64,000 nt of DNA. It comes from Macrostomum hystrix. Its lineage: Eukaryota > Animalia > Platyhelminthes. Location: assembly GCA_950097015.1 (NCBI GenBank), contig CATNEN010000038.1:7626001-7690000 (forward strand), written 5' to 3'. Positions 10,988-22,856 of the stretch are shown piece by piece. The notes beneath the pieces are model-generated. The model was not told the DNA's origin. It searched no databases and saw only the letters and a program-made list of their open reading frames with translations. Numbering within the stretch: position 1 is the first letter of the stretch; every line of letters begins with the position of its first letter. The translations under genes and the position numbers were made by a program.

Positions 10988-12901
10988 TTAGCACTTTAAA
11001 AACCAACTCAAATGCCAATTTAACTGTGTGCGCGTACAGTATTAACTACGAGTAAGGTGGACATTGTGCGTTTGCTATAGTATTCGAACTTCTGACCTTG
11101 CAGTATTGACGGGATTTGGGATGTAGTATTTAAGGCGGAGTTGGATTATACTTTATTCATTGGATTATAAACTACTCGGCGCCTCTGGTTTAGGCACAGT
11201 GCTTGGACCATAGACATTTTCATGTCTAGCAGAGTGAGCTAGTAGCCACAAGGTCATTCGCTTTAATATATTTACGTTTGGGTACGACCATAGACAAATC
11301 GATGTCTGCGGTCATTATTGGGTTTTCCCGGTAAATTTGAAGTGAATAGTTTGATAGACTAATATTTGATAGACTAATAATGCTATTCATGGCCTAATTA
11401 GTTTCAAGAAATTAATTGTTCTGAAGCAGGAATTGACTAAATTAAACTCAGTGTACGTGTCAGATGAGCACATTCAAACACATGCAACCGCTTGGCCTAT
11501 CGGGACTTCATTAATCTTGCCATATTTTATCTGTCAAGCTAAAGCGCACTCGTTTGTACTTTTGCATTACGATTAGAGTCTTGGGCAAAATTACAGCAAT
11601 GTACTTTTATTTTTTATCACATTGAATCATTTGCTTTGTCTGCACGATTATAAGCTTTATGGTGCTTCAAATTGTTATTTTTGAACAATCAAATCCTATA
11701 TTATTTTTATCCTAACTCGCACTTTTGCTTTAAACACCAATCTGTTTTGTCCAGCTTTGCCTTAATAAATCAAGCATAGTACAATGTCTTGATTTGCTAG
11801 CAAATACCGCAATAATTGTTCGTGTAGGCCTTCTAAACCCAGTCCCGAGTCCTAATGTTTGGGGCGTGGTCGATTCCCAACACAGCAACCATGCGTGTCT
11901 TGCGCTAGGTGCTATGAAGTTTGTCATAGCGTTTATTATTATCGTTATTATTATTTGTACAATCGTTGCTTTAAGGGCTACTATAAGTAGTAAGACGAAA
12001 GACTACCCGACTCTGGAAAAGTTGTTGGAAGGCCAATTTTTATCGACAAAATGCAAACAGTTTAAATCTATGGACGAATCCAATTCAGGTTATTTTGTTT
12101 TTGAATGACGTAAGAAAATGCTTCTATGAGATGCAACTGTCTCACGACCTTCAAAACTGTTTTCCAGAAAAATGTTGCTATCGCTGTTTAAAACAAAACT
12201 TCTGAATCATAAATCGAATCAGAGCATGATGCTTGCACCTGAATGTCGCAGAAAGAATGGAATAGAATTTTGTCACTGTCTTGTGGATTTATTTTACAAC
12301 GCTTTTAGAATGACGCATCAATTTATTTTAGCGATTAAACGTAAGCAGATATAGATATATTTCCCATATTCGTAGTATACTACTTACTAAATCAGTTAAG
12401 TAGGCAAGCGAGAATTATGTTAATCATGTTAATTTTTTTAGCAATGATTACATTCGACAATGCACATAAAATGCAGACAACGCTCTAAATGAACGAGCCT
12501 CCACAATATAAACTGACGGCATTTATACAGTTTAAGCCTCAGGCAACGATGAGGAAGAGTTTAATTGAAGAAACACAAAAATATTTAAAATTGCATTTAC
12601 GAGTAATGTCAAGACTGAACGTGTAGGAAATTACTTTATATATTAGTTTCTGGCCCTGGATCACTTATTGATCACTTGCTTAACCATTGATTTTCGTGTC
12701 ATTAAAAAATCCTTACACCGTAATAGATCTAATCTCAACCCTGTTGGATCTAATCTCTTAACTGCTAAATCGAATCTTACACCTGGTAGATTTAATGTCA
12801 CACCTGCTAAATCTAGTCTCAAAACTGTTTTATCGAATCTCACACCCGTTAGATCTAATCTCACACTCGTTATTGGCCTGCTAGTCTATGGCCCGACCCA
12901 A

Positions 12902-13390
12902 TCAACTAGCGACAGTCGGCCAATCGCTGAACAGTCGCTCGATATCGTCAAGGGACAGTGAGTTCACTCTGGCAGTCAGGGCCCTGTTGAACTGGGCCAG
13001 GTAAGTGTCGGCACCGGCAGTCGCCATGCCGGGATTGTCCCGCATCAGGCGGCGACGAAGCAGATTGGAAAAGTCGGCGGCGCATTCAGCGGTCCCGTTG
13101 CCGGCTGGTGTCGAAGGTGCCGTCGAAGCGTCCTTGCCCTCCTTGGTGACCAGGATAAGGCGGTCGCCATGGCGAAGGCCCAGGCTGGTCAGACTGACAG
13201 TGGACGACGCCGTGTCGTCAGCGGCGGCTGAGCTGACAAGAGGCCGGCCGCGTAGCATGAGGCGCTGGGTTCCGGGCGGGCAGCCGAAGGCATCGGCAAC
13301 CTCTGACTGCAGCTGATCGAGGCTGGCGCCTACTGGCAGGTTAAAGACGCGCTCGCCACCCTTCAGCTGCTTCACTGTTAGATTGAGCAT
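12902..13390 (-). CDS. UBL4A: Ubiquitin-like protein 4A (Get5-like), single coding exon, 162 aa
   Basis: N-terminal ubiquitin-like domain (LTVKQLKG..QRLMLRGRPL..LGLRHGDRLILV) without a C-terminal GG, plus C-terminal SLSLDDIERL, typical of the UBL4A BAG6-binding (TUGS) region. Acceptor TTTTTTCCAG lies 27 nt upstream of the ATG. Confidence 0.85.
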   Translation of the reverse strand: MLNLTVKQLKGGERVFNLPVGASLDQLQSEVADAFGCPPGTQRLMLRGRPLVSSAAADDTASSTVSLTSLGLRHGDRLILVTKEGKDASTAPSTPAGNGTAECAADFSNLLRRRLMRDNPGMATAGADTYLAQFNRALTARVNSLSLDDIERLFSDWPTVAS

Positions 13391-13435
13391 CAGGCTGGGC
13401 GTTTGGCCTGCTCAGGGCTGGAAAAAAGTTCAGAA

Positions 13436-13997
13436 GGCTGTAGACACGTGAGAAGCTAGTTTGGGAGGCTGTAGACACATGAGAAGCTAGTTTGGGAGGC
13501 TGTAGACACGTGAGAAGCTAGTTTGGGAGGCTGTAGACACGTGAGAAGCTAGTTTGGGAGGCTGTAGACACGTGAGAAGCTAGTTTGGGAGGCTGTAGAC
13601 ACATGAGAAGCTAGTTTGGGAGGCTGTAGACACATGAGAAGCTAGTTTGGGAGGCTGTAGACACGTGAGAAGCTAGTTTGGGAGGCTGTAGACACGTGAG
13701 AAGCTAGTTTGGGAGGCTGTAGACACATGAGAAGCTAGTTTGGGAGGCTGCAGACACACGAGAAGCTAGTTTGGGAGGCTGTAGACACGTGAGAAGCTAG
13801 TTTGGGAGGCTGTAGACACATGAGAAGCTAGTTTGGGAGGCTGCAGACACACGAGAAGCTAGTTTGGGAGGCTGTAGACACGTGAGAAGCTAGTTTGGGA
13901 GGCTGTAGACACATGAGAAGCTAGTTTGGGAGGCTGCAGACACATGAGAAGCTAGTTTGGGAGGCTGCAGACACATGAGAAGCTAGTTTGGGAGGCT
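13436..13997. repeat. 31-bp minisatellite (GGCTGTAGACACRTGAGAAGCTAGTTTGGGA)
   Basis: About 18 copies between SRP14 and UBL4A. Confidence 0.95.
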
Positions 13998-14675
13998 ATA
14001 TGTTAGACATCAGGGAATGGATTAGGGCTAAGAGATTTGGGATCTTAAGAGTTGCAAAACAGTTTACTAATCAAAATTACTGTCATCAGCAAGAGTAAAC
14101 GTTATTGTCTTATTTATTATTGTTAAATTTCCATTAACCGAAGCATCGGCGCATTAAAGGCAGCTTCGCCACTGCACTGGAGACAGAAAATAAAGTGGCT
14201 CACACAGACAGCATAGAGACAAACTGCGCAGACTCACAGACATAAATAACTGAATTACAATCAAAAGAATCTTTCATAGACGCATTATTATTGACATTCT
14301 TTATTTAGCAGCGAAATAAGCTGCAAAAAGCGAGCAGAACAACAAAGAAACACTGAAGGACCGAAGTGCCCAGAACCGAGAGAGAAAACTGCACTACACA
14401 ATGTCCGAGACAGCTAACAGAGCTAGACAAACACAAGGCTAGCTAGTTGAGTATCGAATGAGCATGGACACAGACCCAATGACCCTCTGAATTGTTGTGT
14501 AAATTTACTCATAGTCACTGGCCAAGCACACAAGCAAACACACACTTTCATTCTTACATTGAAGCTAATCATTTTGCAATACTTTCTGCTTCAACAAAAT
14601 TTCGCAATGAATTCTCGAAAGGAAAATTGAAAACAGATTTTGCTAGATTAAAATGAGTCATTAAAACAACTATTT

Positions 14676-17106
14676 TCAACTAGATTTGGCTTTGGCCTTA
14701 GCGGCTGCGGTAGCTGCGGCCGTGGCAGCTGCGGCGGCCTTCTTGTCTCGCTTCTTCAAACCGTCGATGTTGCCCTTCAACAGGCTGGAGAATGCCAGCT
14801 GGAACCGGTTGACATCCTTCTGGTGAACGACGGTGCTCAGCTTGCGACTGTTCAGCGTGGCCCGGATCAGGCAGCCGCAGTTGCTGCCTCCGGCGTCGCC
14901 TGACGCGTCGCCTGAGCTAGTGCCAGCGCCGCCGCCACCGCCGCGAGGTGCCCGATTCTTGCGCGGTCTGTGACGATCCTGACCGTCGTCTGAAAATGGA
15001 TAGCTTCCAGTTTTATAGAATCACCGACGGCAGTAAAGAAAGCGCAATTTTTAAATAATAGCACATTCCTTGGTAAATAAAAAAATCCTAAAAAATGTCT
15101 TCATTTGTTTAAAAAATCGTTATTTCTATTGTGTACACTTATATTAAATTTGTAAATTGAAAACTAAGCATTAAAAATATTTCACACTTACACTGCTTCA
15201 TGGTGATTCGCACTGTACCACTACTAGAAGACTTGGACTTCAAAAACAGCTTTGTCAGCTCTGTTAAAAACTAAAAAATGTTTGATGTAAAAAATACTGT
15301 TTGGTAAAAGTGACACAATCATTATTATAGAATATAAATAAAGAATCAGAAGCATAGAACATGTACTATTATGTTTTATTTTATTATATATTACTTTTCA
15401 CAACTACATGAACTATAGACTGGAAAGTCCATACCATGTTTTTGCATAACTAAAATGTAAAACATTTTCATAACTTCAGTTAGCAATGATTAATCTAGTG
15501 ACTACCTAATAGATATTGTTATAAAATTTCCTACATAATCTTAACTTCTACCTAAAGAAGCATTTATCTATTAATGAAGCTATAAAAAACTATCAAAATA
15601 ATCAAAATAATTGTTAAAATTTGAAATAATATCTACTTTAACACTTTTACTAACAGGTAGCTTACTATAAAGGTAGTTAGATATACCTAGTCCAACAATA
15701 GAAATAGTTTTTGTTATAATATTTTATATTAGTTTCATTATAAAATTCCACTATTAACCAAATATATGTATATCGCATCATGCTTTTATCATTTCACTCA
15801 AAAACACAGGCTTCAATTTCAATTCAATTAGTTTTGTAATAGGAATCGATGTGTTCTGATCTATATTTATGCAAAATCTACATCATTTAACTTACTTATT
15901 TAGCTATGTCATTATATCACATTTGCTATATAAAATTTATATAACACACAAAAGAGTAAAACTAGGGCCTACAACTAAGTAGTTCAGATTTTTGGAAAAA
16001 TCTGATTTGGACAGCCACACACAAGAGTTGACTATAATTACCTAACAATGAACAATTGTTCCGCTATTAGGATCTGAGAACTATTAACTAGGCCTATGAA
16101 GCATTTTATGCTACAAAACTTAAAATACTAAAAGCCTAGAAAAAATGAGGCTCAAAATATGAACAAGTATTTCTATTTTTTGGATGTCTATAGGTCAAAT
16201 TGCCAGCATTATTTGTTACCTCATCTCCTTAAGCTAATCAAATTTAACTAGGCGTTCTCTTACTCTATGATCCACATATTTTATATGGAGTTATTTTATT
16301 TAAGGTGACTGTGTACCCAAACTTAAGGGTTTTTCTACTTTATACATACAATCCACAAAATGACAATATATGTAGGGGACTGTCCATTTGCTAGTCTGAC
16401 ATTTGTTCTCTTGCTTGTAACTTTCCCAAGTATTTGTGGGGTTATCAGCATATCTGATAAATTAATTACAACAAGATAGAGCTACATATATGTTGTAAAA
16501 TAGAGTTAAATTGCAGGGTTCAGGTTTTTTGTTTTTGATAATACTAGGCAAGTGACTAAAACCATTTGTGTATTAAAATTAATTGGAAAATTTTTCTTGT
16601 TTCATTACAGTTTGTCTGTGTTTCGCAAAAGGATGGCATAACAAAAGTGGCAATCAATAACAAAGAATGTTAAATTCCAAGAGGGCCAGATATTTATGCC
16701 ATCTGGCTTTGTGGAATAAAAACTTTAGGGAATCTAATTTAGTAATTTAGGAATTAAAAATCAATTCAAGACTGACTGACTTTAAGCATTTTATAAGCAT
16801 AAGCAACAATTAACTGTCACAGCCAGAGATCTCAGTCTCATTACCATAAAAATGCTGACAATTAGACTAAGTTAGAATAAATAAATATATAGCTAGTTAT
16901 AGACTAGCGATTTAGTAAAGTATAACCAAAAAAGGTAAGCAAAAAAACTACTGAAATGTAGGCTGACTAATAATCTAGTCTAGTAGCTAGCGTTTCGACT
17001 TATGAGCTCAACGAATAAGTTTACAATGTAGAAATATATTAGCCAAAATTAAAATTTGTGTTTAAAAGTAAAAGTGCATACTCACATTGTCATTTTCAAG
17101 ATACAT
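14676..17106 (-). CDS. SRP14: Signal recognition particle 14 kDa protein, 3 exons, 137 aa
   Basis: Exons 17106-17086, 15270-15192 and 14989-14676 join in frame: MYLENDNFLTELTKLF..GTVRITMKQYDG..CLIRAT..KLSTVVHQKDVNRFQLAFSSLLKGNIDGLKKRDKK. Not shown in the ORF track because of splicing. Confidence 0.92.
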
Positions 17107-17821
17107 TGCTGCTAAAATGATCAGAAACTGACACAGAAACTATTAAGAAGTAGATGTCAGTAGATGACTCGTATAATATTTTAGCAGACTTTTTAAACAA
17201 TGTCAATAAAAGTGATGCATTTTCTAAGAAAACTGTGTGATTTAATCAAAACATAAACTCGTGCGAAAACACAACACAGTACAACACCGTCATTGAAGTG
17301 CTTCAACTCAACAATTTTATATTAATTAAATGAATTTAAATTTATATAAATATTTATTATTTAATTAAAAATAAAAGCTATGACAAGTAAAAAAATAAAA
17401 TAATAAATGTGGATTTCAGATTTGCAAACAAATCCAAACTCGAAGAGTGCGTAACCAAGGGTCCCACTTCGGAAGAAGGACGGGACACTTCGTTTCTTAG
17501 AAAATTTATAAAAGGCTGATTTTTACGGAAAAATACACTAGCGAGATAGGAACTTTTCACTTTTTTCACCTTAAAACGTTGATAACTTTTTATTGGAATC
17601 AGATACAAAGCTCTTCTTTCGATATAACTTACAAAATATGTTGCTTCGACGAATTTTATGAAGATTTTTTCATGAATATTTGATCTTCATATTATTTTAG
17701 TTACTATATCATGCAGCAATTATAGTATGAAGCTATAACTAGTGACTAACTTGAATTTTACCATCTCTGTTTAATCGGATGCATCTATTTATTAGCAATA
17801 TATGATTAATAAATAGTTCCA

Positions 17822-18722
17822 ATGTACGTGCCAATCGCGCAGTTGCAGGCGTCGGTGTCCTACACAAACTCTGAGTACGTCGAGCTGGTGTCACGAAAGG
17901 CAAGGATCAGTGCCGATCAAGAGCTGCCAGCTTGAATTAGCTGAACGATTCTGCAGCTGCTGTCGACTACTTGAAATTTTCCATCGGCGTTTTCAGGCAT
18001 CGCAACGGCGATCAAACGTAAGTTACTTGTGTAATTTTGCCCCAATGGGGCTCTTGGTGTACTGACCGGAAGTCCCAGATCAATGTATTCAAGCTTGCAG
18101 CCGTACTATTTTTTGTATTTAGTGAGAATTATAATTCTCGTTGACTCGCAATTACGTATATTCGCAATCAGGGAAATTATGACTGACGAAATGAGTTTTC
18201 GTTTTTGTTTGCTTTCAGGTGTGTTTTGTCCTTCTGCATTGCACAAGATTTTTTGTCTGACCAGTAGTGCTCCCGAAGGGGGGCAAAACTTGCTAGTCTT
18301 ATTAATATCTAATAGTCACGGATGAAACACTGATTAATAAGCATCCCAGGCCTAAGAAACTCTAGCTTCACTTCCTTGGAGGTGCGTGAAGTCGGCCAGT
18401 TCTGGATGGCAGCCGTTTTGATACGTCGATGGTGATGCCATGCAGTCTTGGACACGGTGGCCGAGGGCGATCTTGACGCGCATTCGCGAAGCGGCGCTAG
18501 ATTGGTCGGTTGGCATCCCGTAGCCGATCGAGTACCGCCCGTAGGCACATAATTGTGCGCCGCTATCGTTCGGCTCATTAAGATGATGTCGTCGATCGGC
18601 ACGCTTCCCTACAGGCCAAACCTTTTGGGGCATGAGTTGCATAAGGCGTTGAAATGCAACCTTGTGCAACTCCGGTTTGCCGGGGCGTTGCGCAGACCGA
18701 ACGGCATGACGTTCGAAGTGGC
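17822..18722 (-). pseudogene. Decayed Ty3/Gypsy LTR-retrotransposon pol fragment (RT-RNaseH)
   Basis: Minus-strand pieces across frameshifts and stops: MPFGLRNAPA, AFQRLM, IDDIIL, KTAAIQNWP..KEVK, FIRDY, NFK*STAAAESF, ILAF, FV*DTDACNCAIG. The order RT then RNaseH matches Ty3/Gypsy. Confidence 0.8.
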
Positions 18723-19405
18723 CTTAATCCATTAGAAAATTCACTTGATCGAATTTTTTCTAGTGTTCATAGTTTGATAGAGGTGAAGAATGGAAAATGA
18801 TATCATCCGGTTCTAATTCTTGCGGATAAATAATTTTCGTAAGACCGCATCAAAACAAATAGCTTAGTCTATCTAAATATAAGCTGCACCTAAATAAGTA
18901 ACCTTTAAAAAAATTTTAACTTATCATAACGCCTGATATTTTGATACAGAACTAATCTTAAAACCATGAATCTTGACGCAGATGACCTTGTGAGGTCGTC
19001 GTCATGTAACGTACCTACGAGTACAATACCCACCTACGCAGTCACGTTTTTAGTCTAGTGCAGACCCTGAGGGCTGAGGCTTAGTATTTCGTCATATATC
19101 TGTATGATTTTTTAAGTATAGATACTGCGTGTCCAATGATGCTTTGATTTTATAGAGAGAGGATAAGGATATTTAAAGCATTTGGCACATTGGGTTCAAA
19201 ATTTAAGTTTGAAAATTGGCACCCACACTGCCCCACATACAGCATAAAATTTATTTTATTGCTCAGTTCTTTATCCTTATCTAATTATCCTAATCTAAGT
19301 CCTATTTATTTATTGTATCATATTTTACTATTTTTATGATAGATATTGCATTTCATTCCTGTTTTACTTGTGGCTTTTTATAGTAATATATATTTATATA
19401 CACAT

Positions 19406-19878
19406 GGTCCCAGGTCATTTCGGTGACAAGAAATTTCGGTGACAGTCATTTCGGTGACACAATTGGTCAGATTGGTGACAACTATTTTTGCACCTAAATA
19501 TGCTAAAAAACTGCCTTCCATTTTAACTATGCACACATATAAAATATTAATTAAATAATGCTAAAAGTATTAATAAGAAGCTGCATCGCTATGTTAAAGT
19601 CTGGGTTTTACTTTAAATGAGTTAAATTATTAAATTATTTAATGAGTAGGCCCTAGTCAATAGTTTCAATAGTTATTCGTTCCTAATTAAATGTGTATAA
19701 TAAACATTTTTCAAGTTTTGGATTGACAAGGCGAGTGCAGGCTTTAAGCAGCTGCTGGATCGTGGAAGGCTGTTTTCTTAGCATATTTAGGTGCAAAAAT
19801 AGTTGTCACCGAACTGACCAATTCTGTCACCGAAATGACTGTCACCGAAATGTCTTGTCACCGAAATGACCTGGGACC
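19406..19878. mobile_element. MITE (473 bp) with TIRs of about 115 bp and 8-bp TSD ATACACAT
   Basis: Left end GGTCCCAGGTCATTTCGGTGACA.. mirrors right end ..TGTCACCGAAATGACCTGGGACC. ATACACAT occurs at 19398-19405 and 19879-19886. Subterminal TTCGGTGACA repeats are present. Confidence 0.9.
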
Positions 19879-21865
19879 ATACACATTACAGTTATATTAG
19901 GCTAGTATTAGATTTTTATAGTGTACACAATGCAATGAAATAGCCACCCACTGTGTCTATCAGTTTTCACCATTGCATTAGTTTTTCTGTCAGAAGTAAA
20001 ATCAGGATTTCAAAAATGTATGCTGATATGACAACTATTGCTCTATGCCAATACAATAGTAGGCAGCTAGGCTTATTATACTTATGCTTTAAAGCTGACT
20101 ATATCTTTGCCAATATGCCAAAGTCTGTGCATATGCCTATGAAAGGAATAACAAAAGAAGAATACAATAGTTTTGTATTGAAATGTGAAATCTAGTTATT
20201 TAAATATTGTATATAATATTTTTTGTTGTTTGAATTAACATACCCTACACACACAAAAAATTACTTCTTGAAATTATTAGGATGCCAAATAGCTGCCAAA
20301 TGCTAAATGACAGTTAAACTATATGCTTAAATCAGCTATGCCAATACACTTTACCAAAGAAATATTATTATGCAGTTATATGAACCATTTTATCCCCAAT
20401 TCACGCTAGAAATTTCTGGTATGTTCTATGCAAAATGCACTGTGTCATAAGTGATAACAATACATAGTTCAACTCCCTATTGGAGCCAATAGGGGTTTTT
20501 GCAGACAGTGTCCGGCACACTTGTGAAAAATTGCCTATGCGGCTGCCTGCGCAGAAAGAAATTTCTGTCTGCGCTGCCGCGTCTTGTGTGCATAAAGTTG
20601 TCAAAGTATGTATGAGTAGATGTATAACAAACAGTGTGCCCTTGTGCCCCTACACTAATGTTTTGTATTCTTTATAGATTTATATTTTGTAATACATTTA
20701 CATGTACAAGTACATGTAGATGTGATGCTAGTAGTAAATGCCAGTGCCTCTGTACTCGCACCTTGTGTGTTTAAATATATGTACATTACAACACATAAAA
20801 TACATTTAAATGTACATGTAGGTGCACATGGTATAGCAGTGTCCACCTGTGCCGTACATCCACACTATTGTTCGTTTAGGTATACATTTACATATTAAAA
20901 TAAACTTACATGTACATGTATGTAGGTACGATTCTAGCCTGGCACAGTTACAGAAATTTTTTGATGGAGGGGCGCACATTTATTTGCAAACATGACTACA
21001 TGCTCTGCAGTGCCTGAGTGCAAAAAGACAACCTTAGCTGTTGTAATTATAGACATACACTATGGAGATAAAAAAGGTCATTTGGTATATGCTTCCATTT
21101 TGCAAAATCACCACATAGCTATTCTATGTTTAGAAATACACTACAGAGATAAAACAGGTCTTTTTTGCAAAATCAATCACTACGTTGAGTCAGACTGAAG
21201 ATATATAGCAATTGCACATTTGTGTTCTTTTTCTTGAAACCAACTGCGCGCCTAGCAGGAGTGTCCGCAGCTTTTTTAAATTCCCTCCATTAGGGGTTAA
21301 ACTGTATATCATAAAAATCAAATTAATTTGGTTGTTTTGCTGCACTAGACACAAAACATCTTGGTCTTTTTTGGCACCTAGGGTCCAAATTCATGTTATC
21401 AAAGAAAGTTTTATGGCCTTAATATTTTTCAAATAATCCATCTAATCATCTCAGTCTTTTGTTAGCTTCCTATGTTCCATTTCCTTAGTAGCTATCAGGT
21501 ACTAAAGAATGTTATCCTCCAACAGTATCATAATTACAACAATCTGCTGAGCTTGTCACTTTTGAGATAAAAGCATGTAGAAGGTAGTTTCAAAATAGTT
21601 GGCATGCGACCATGTGATAAGTATAACAAGTACTCCATTTTAGCTACCCATTTCATTCTGCTGTAAAATAATATAGAAAGAATATGCCTAAACAGTAGCC
21701 TTAAAGCTTTTGTCACAGCTGTATCTGATGCAGAGTTTGCACTCCTTTTGTTTAATTTACCTAGACCAATGGAATCACTTTTGTAGTCTTTAGATCCACA
21801 CACTGATATATTATATTACCCAGTTTTACTTGCCAAGTAACCCTTAGATTCAATCTGAATCTAGA

Positions 21866-22235
21866 CCAGTCACTCAGCAGACCCCTAGATTGACCTGTCA
21901 CTCAGCAGATCCTAGATTGACCTGTCACTTAGCAGATCCCTAGATTGTCCTGTCACTCAGCAGATCCCTAGATTGTCCTGTCACTCAGCAGACCCCTAGA
22001 TTGACCTGTCACTCAGCAGACCCCTAGATTGACCTGTCACTCAGCAGACCCCTAGATTGACCTGTCACTCAGCAGACCCCTAGATTGACCTGTCACTCAG
22101 CAGACCCCTAGATTGACCTGTCACTCCGCAGATCCCTAGATTGACATGTCACTCAGCAGATCCCTAGATTGTCCTGTCACTCAGCAGACCCCTAGATTGA
22201 CCTGTCACTCCGCAGATCCCTAGATTGACATGTCA
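21866..22235. repeat. 27-28-bp minisatellite (TCACTCAGCAGACCCCTAGATTGACCTG)
   Basis: Visible tandem array. Confidence 0.9.
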
Positions 22236-22856
22236 CACTTTTCGAATCCAAAATAGGTTAAAATGTCATTACAAAGCTTTGTTCCCAAGCGGAACTTTTA
22301 TATGTGCTAGTTTTAAGATTGAAATTTACCGCCTTTACATCACCTGATGACAGCTGTGACATTTAGCCAATTCAGAAGAAATATTTTTACCAAGCTATTT
22401 GTGCTAGCTATTACTGACTAAGCCGCAATTGTTTAACATTACAAGGCCATAATACTCGTACTTCGAAAGAAGCAGCTGTCGCCATAATCTAAGGAACAGC
22501 GAACCATACTTTGTTTTGTAAGATCAGCAAGCATTGCTAGTTTCTTATTGTCTTGCTTAGCACGCGTGCCTAACATTTAGTCTGGTAAATTATAAACAGG
22601 GGACTATTATAAAGTTCTGCTTTGGCTACAGTAGCAAACCAGTTTTTTGTCTCTGGGATACAGTTTTCTAGACTTTAACCCGCAGCCACTACTAGCCTTG
22701 ACAATAATCTGCCCTGCTAATATAGAAATACAGCACTAAGTAACTTGAATAGCAAATAAAGTAACATGCTTGCTGCTAAACTTCAGACCTCTCTTTGCCG
22801 CAAAGCAACAAGAAACAGGCTCTAAGAAATTGTGCTTTAAAAAAGTATTCTTCACA

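Noticed and set aside
13391-17106. SRP14-UBL4A fusion protein via cis-splicing
   Set aside because: Both SRP14 donors give stops when joined to the acceptor at 13417.
16300-17574. TTAA-GGTGA..TCACC-TTAA Kolobok/piggyBac-like element
   Set aside because: Only 5 bp of inverted match, and the interval contains SRP14 exon 1.
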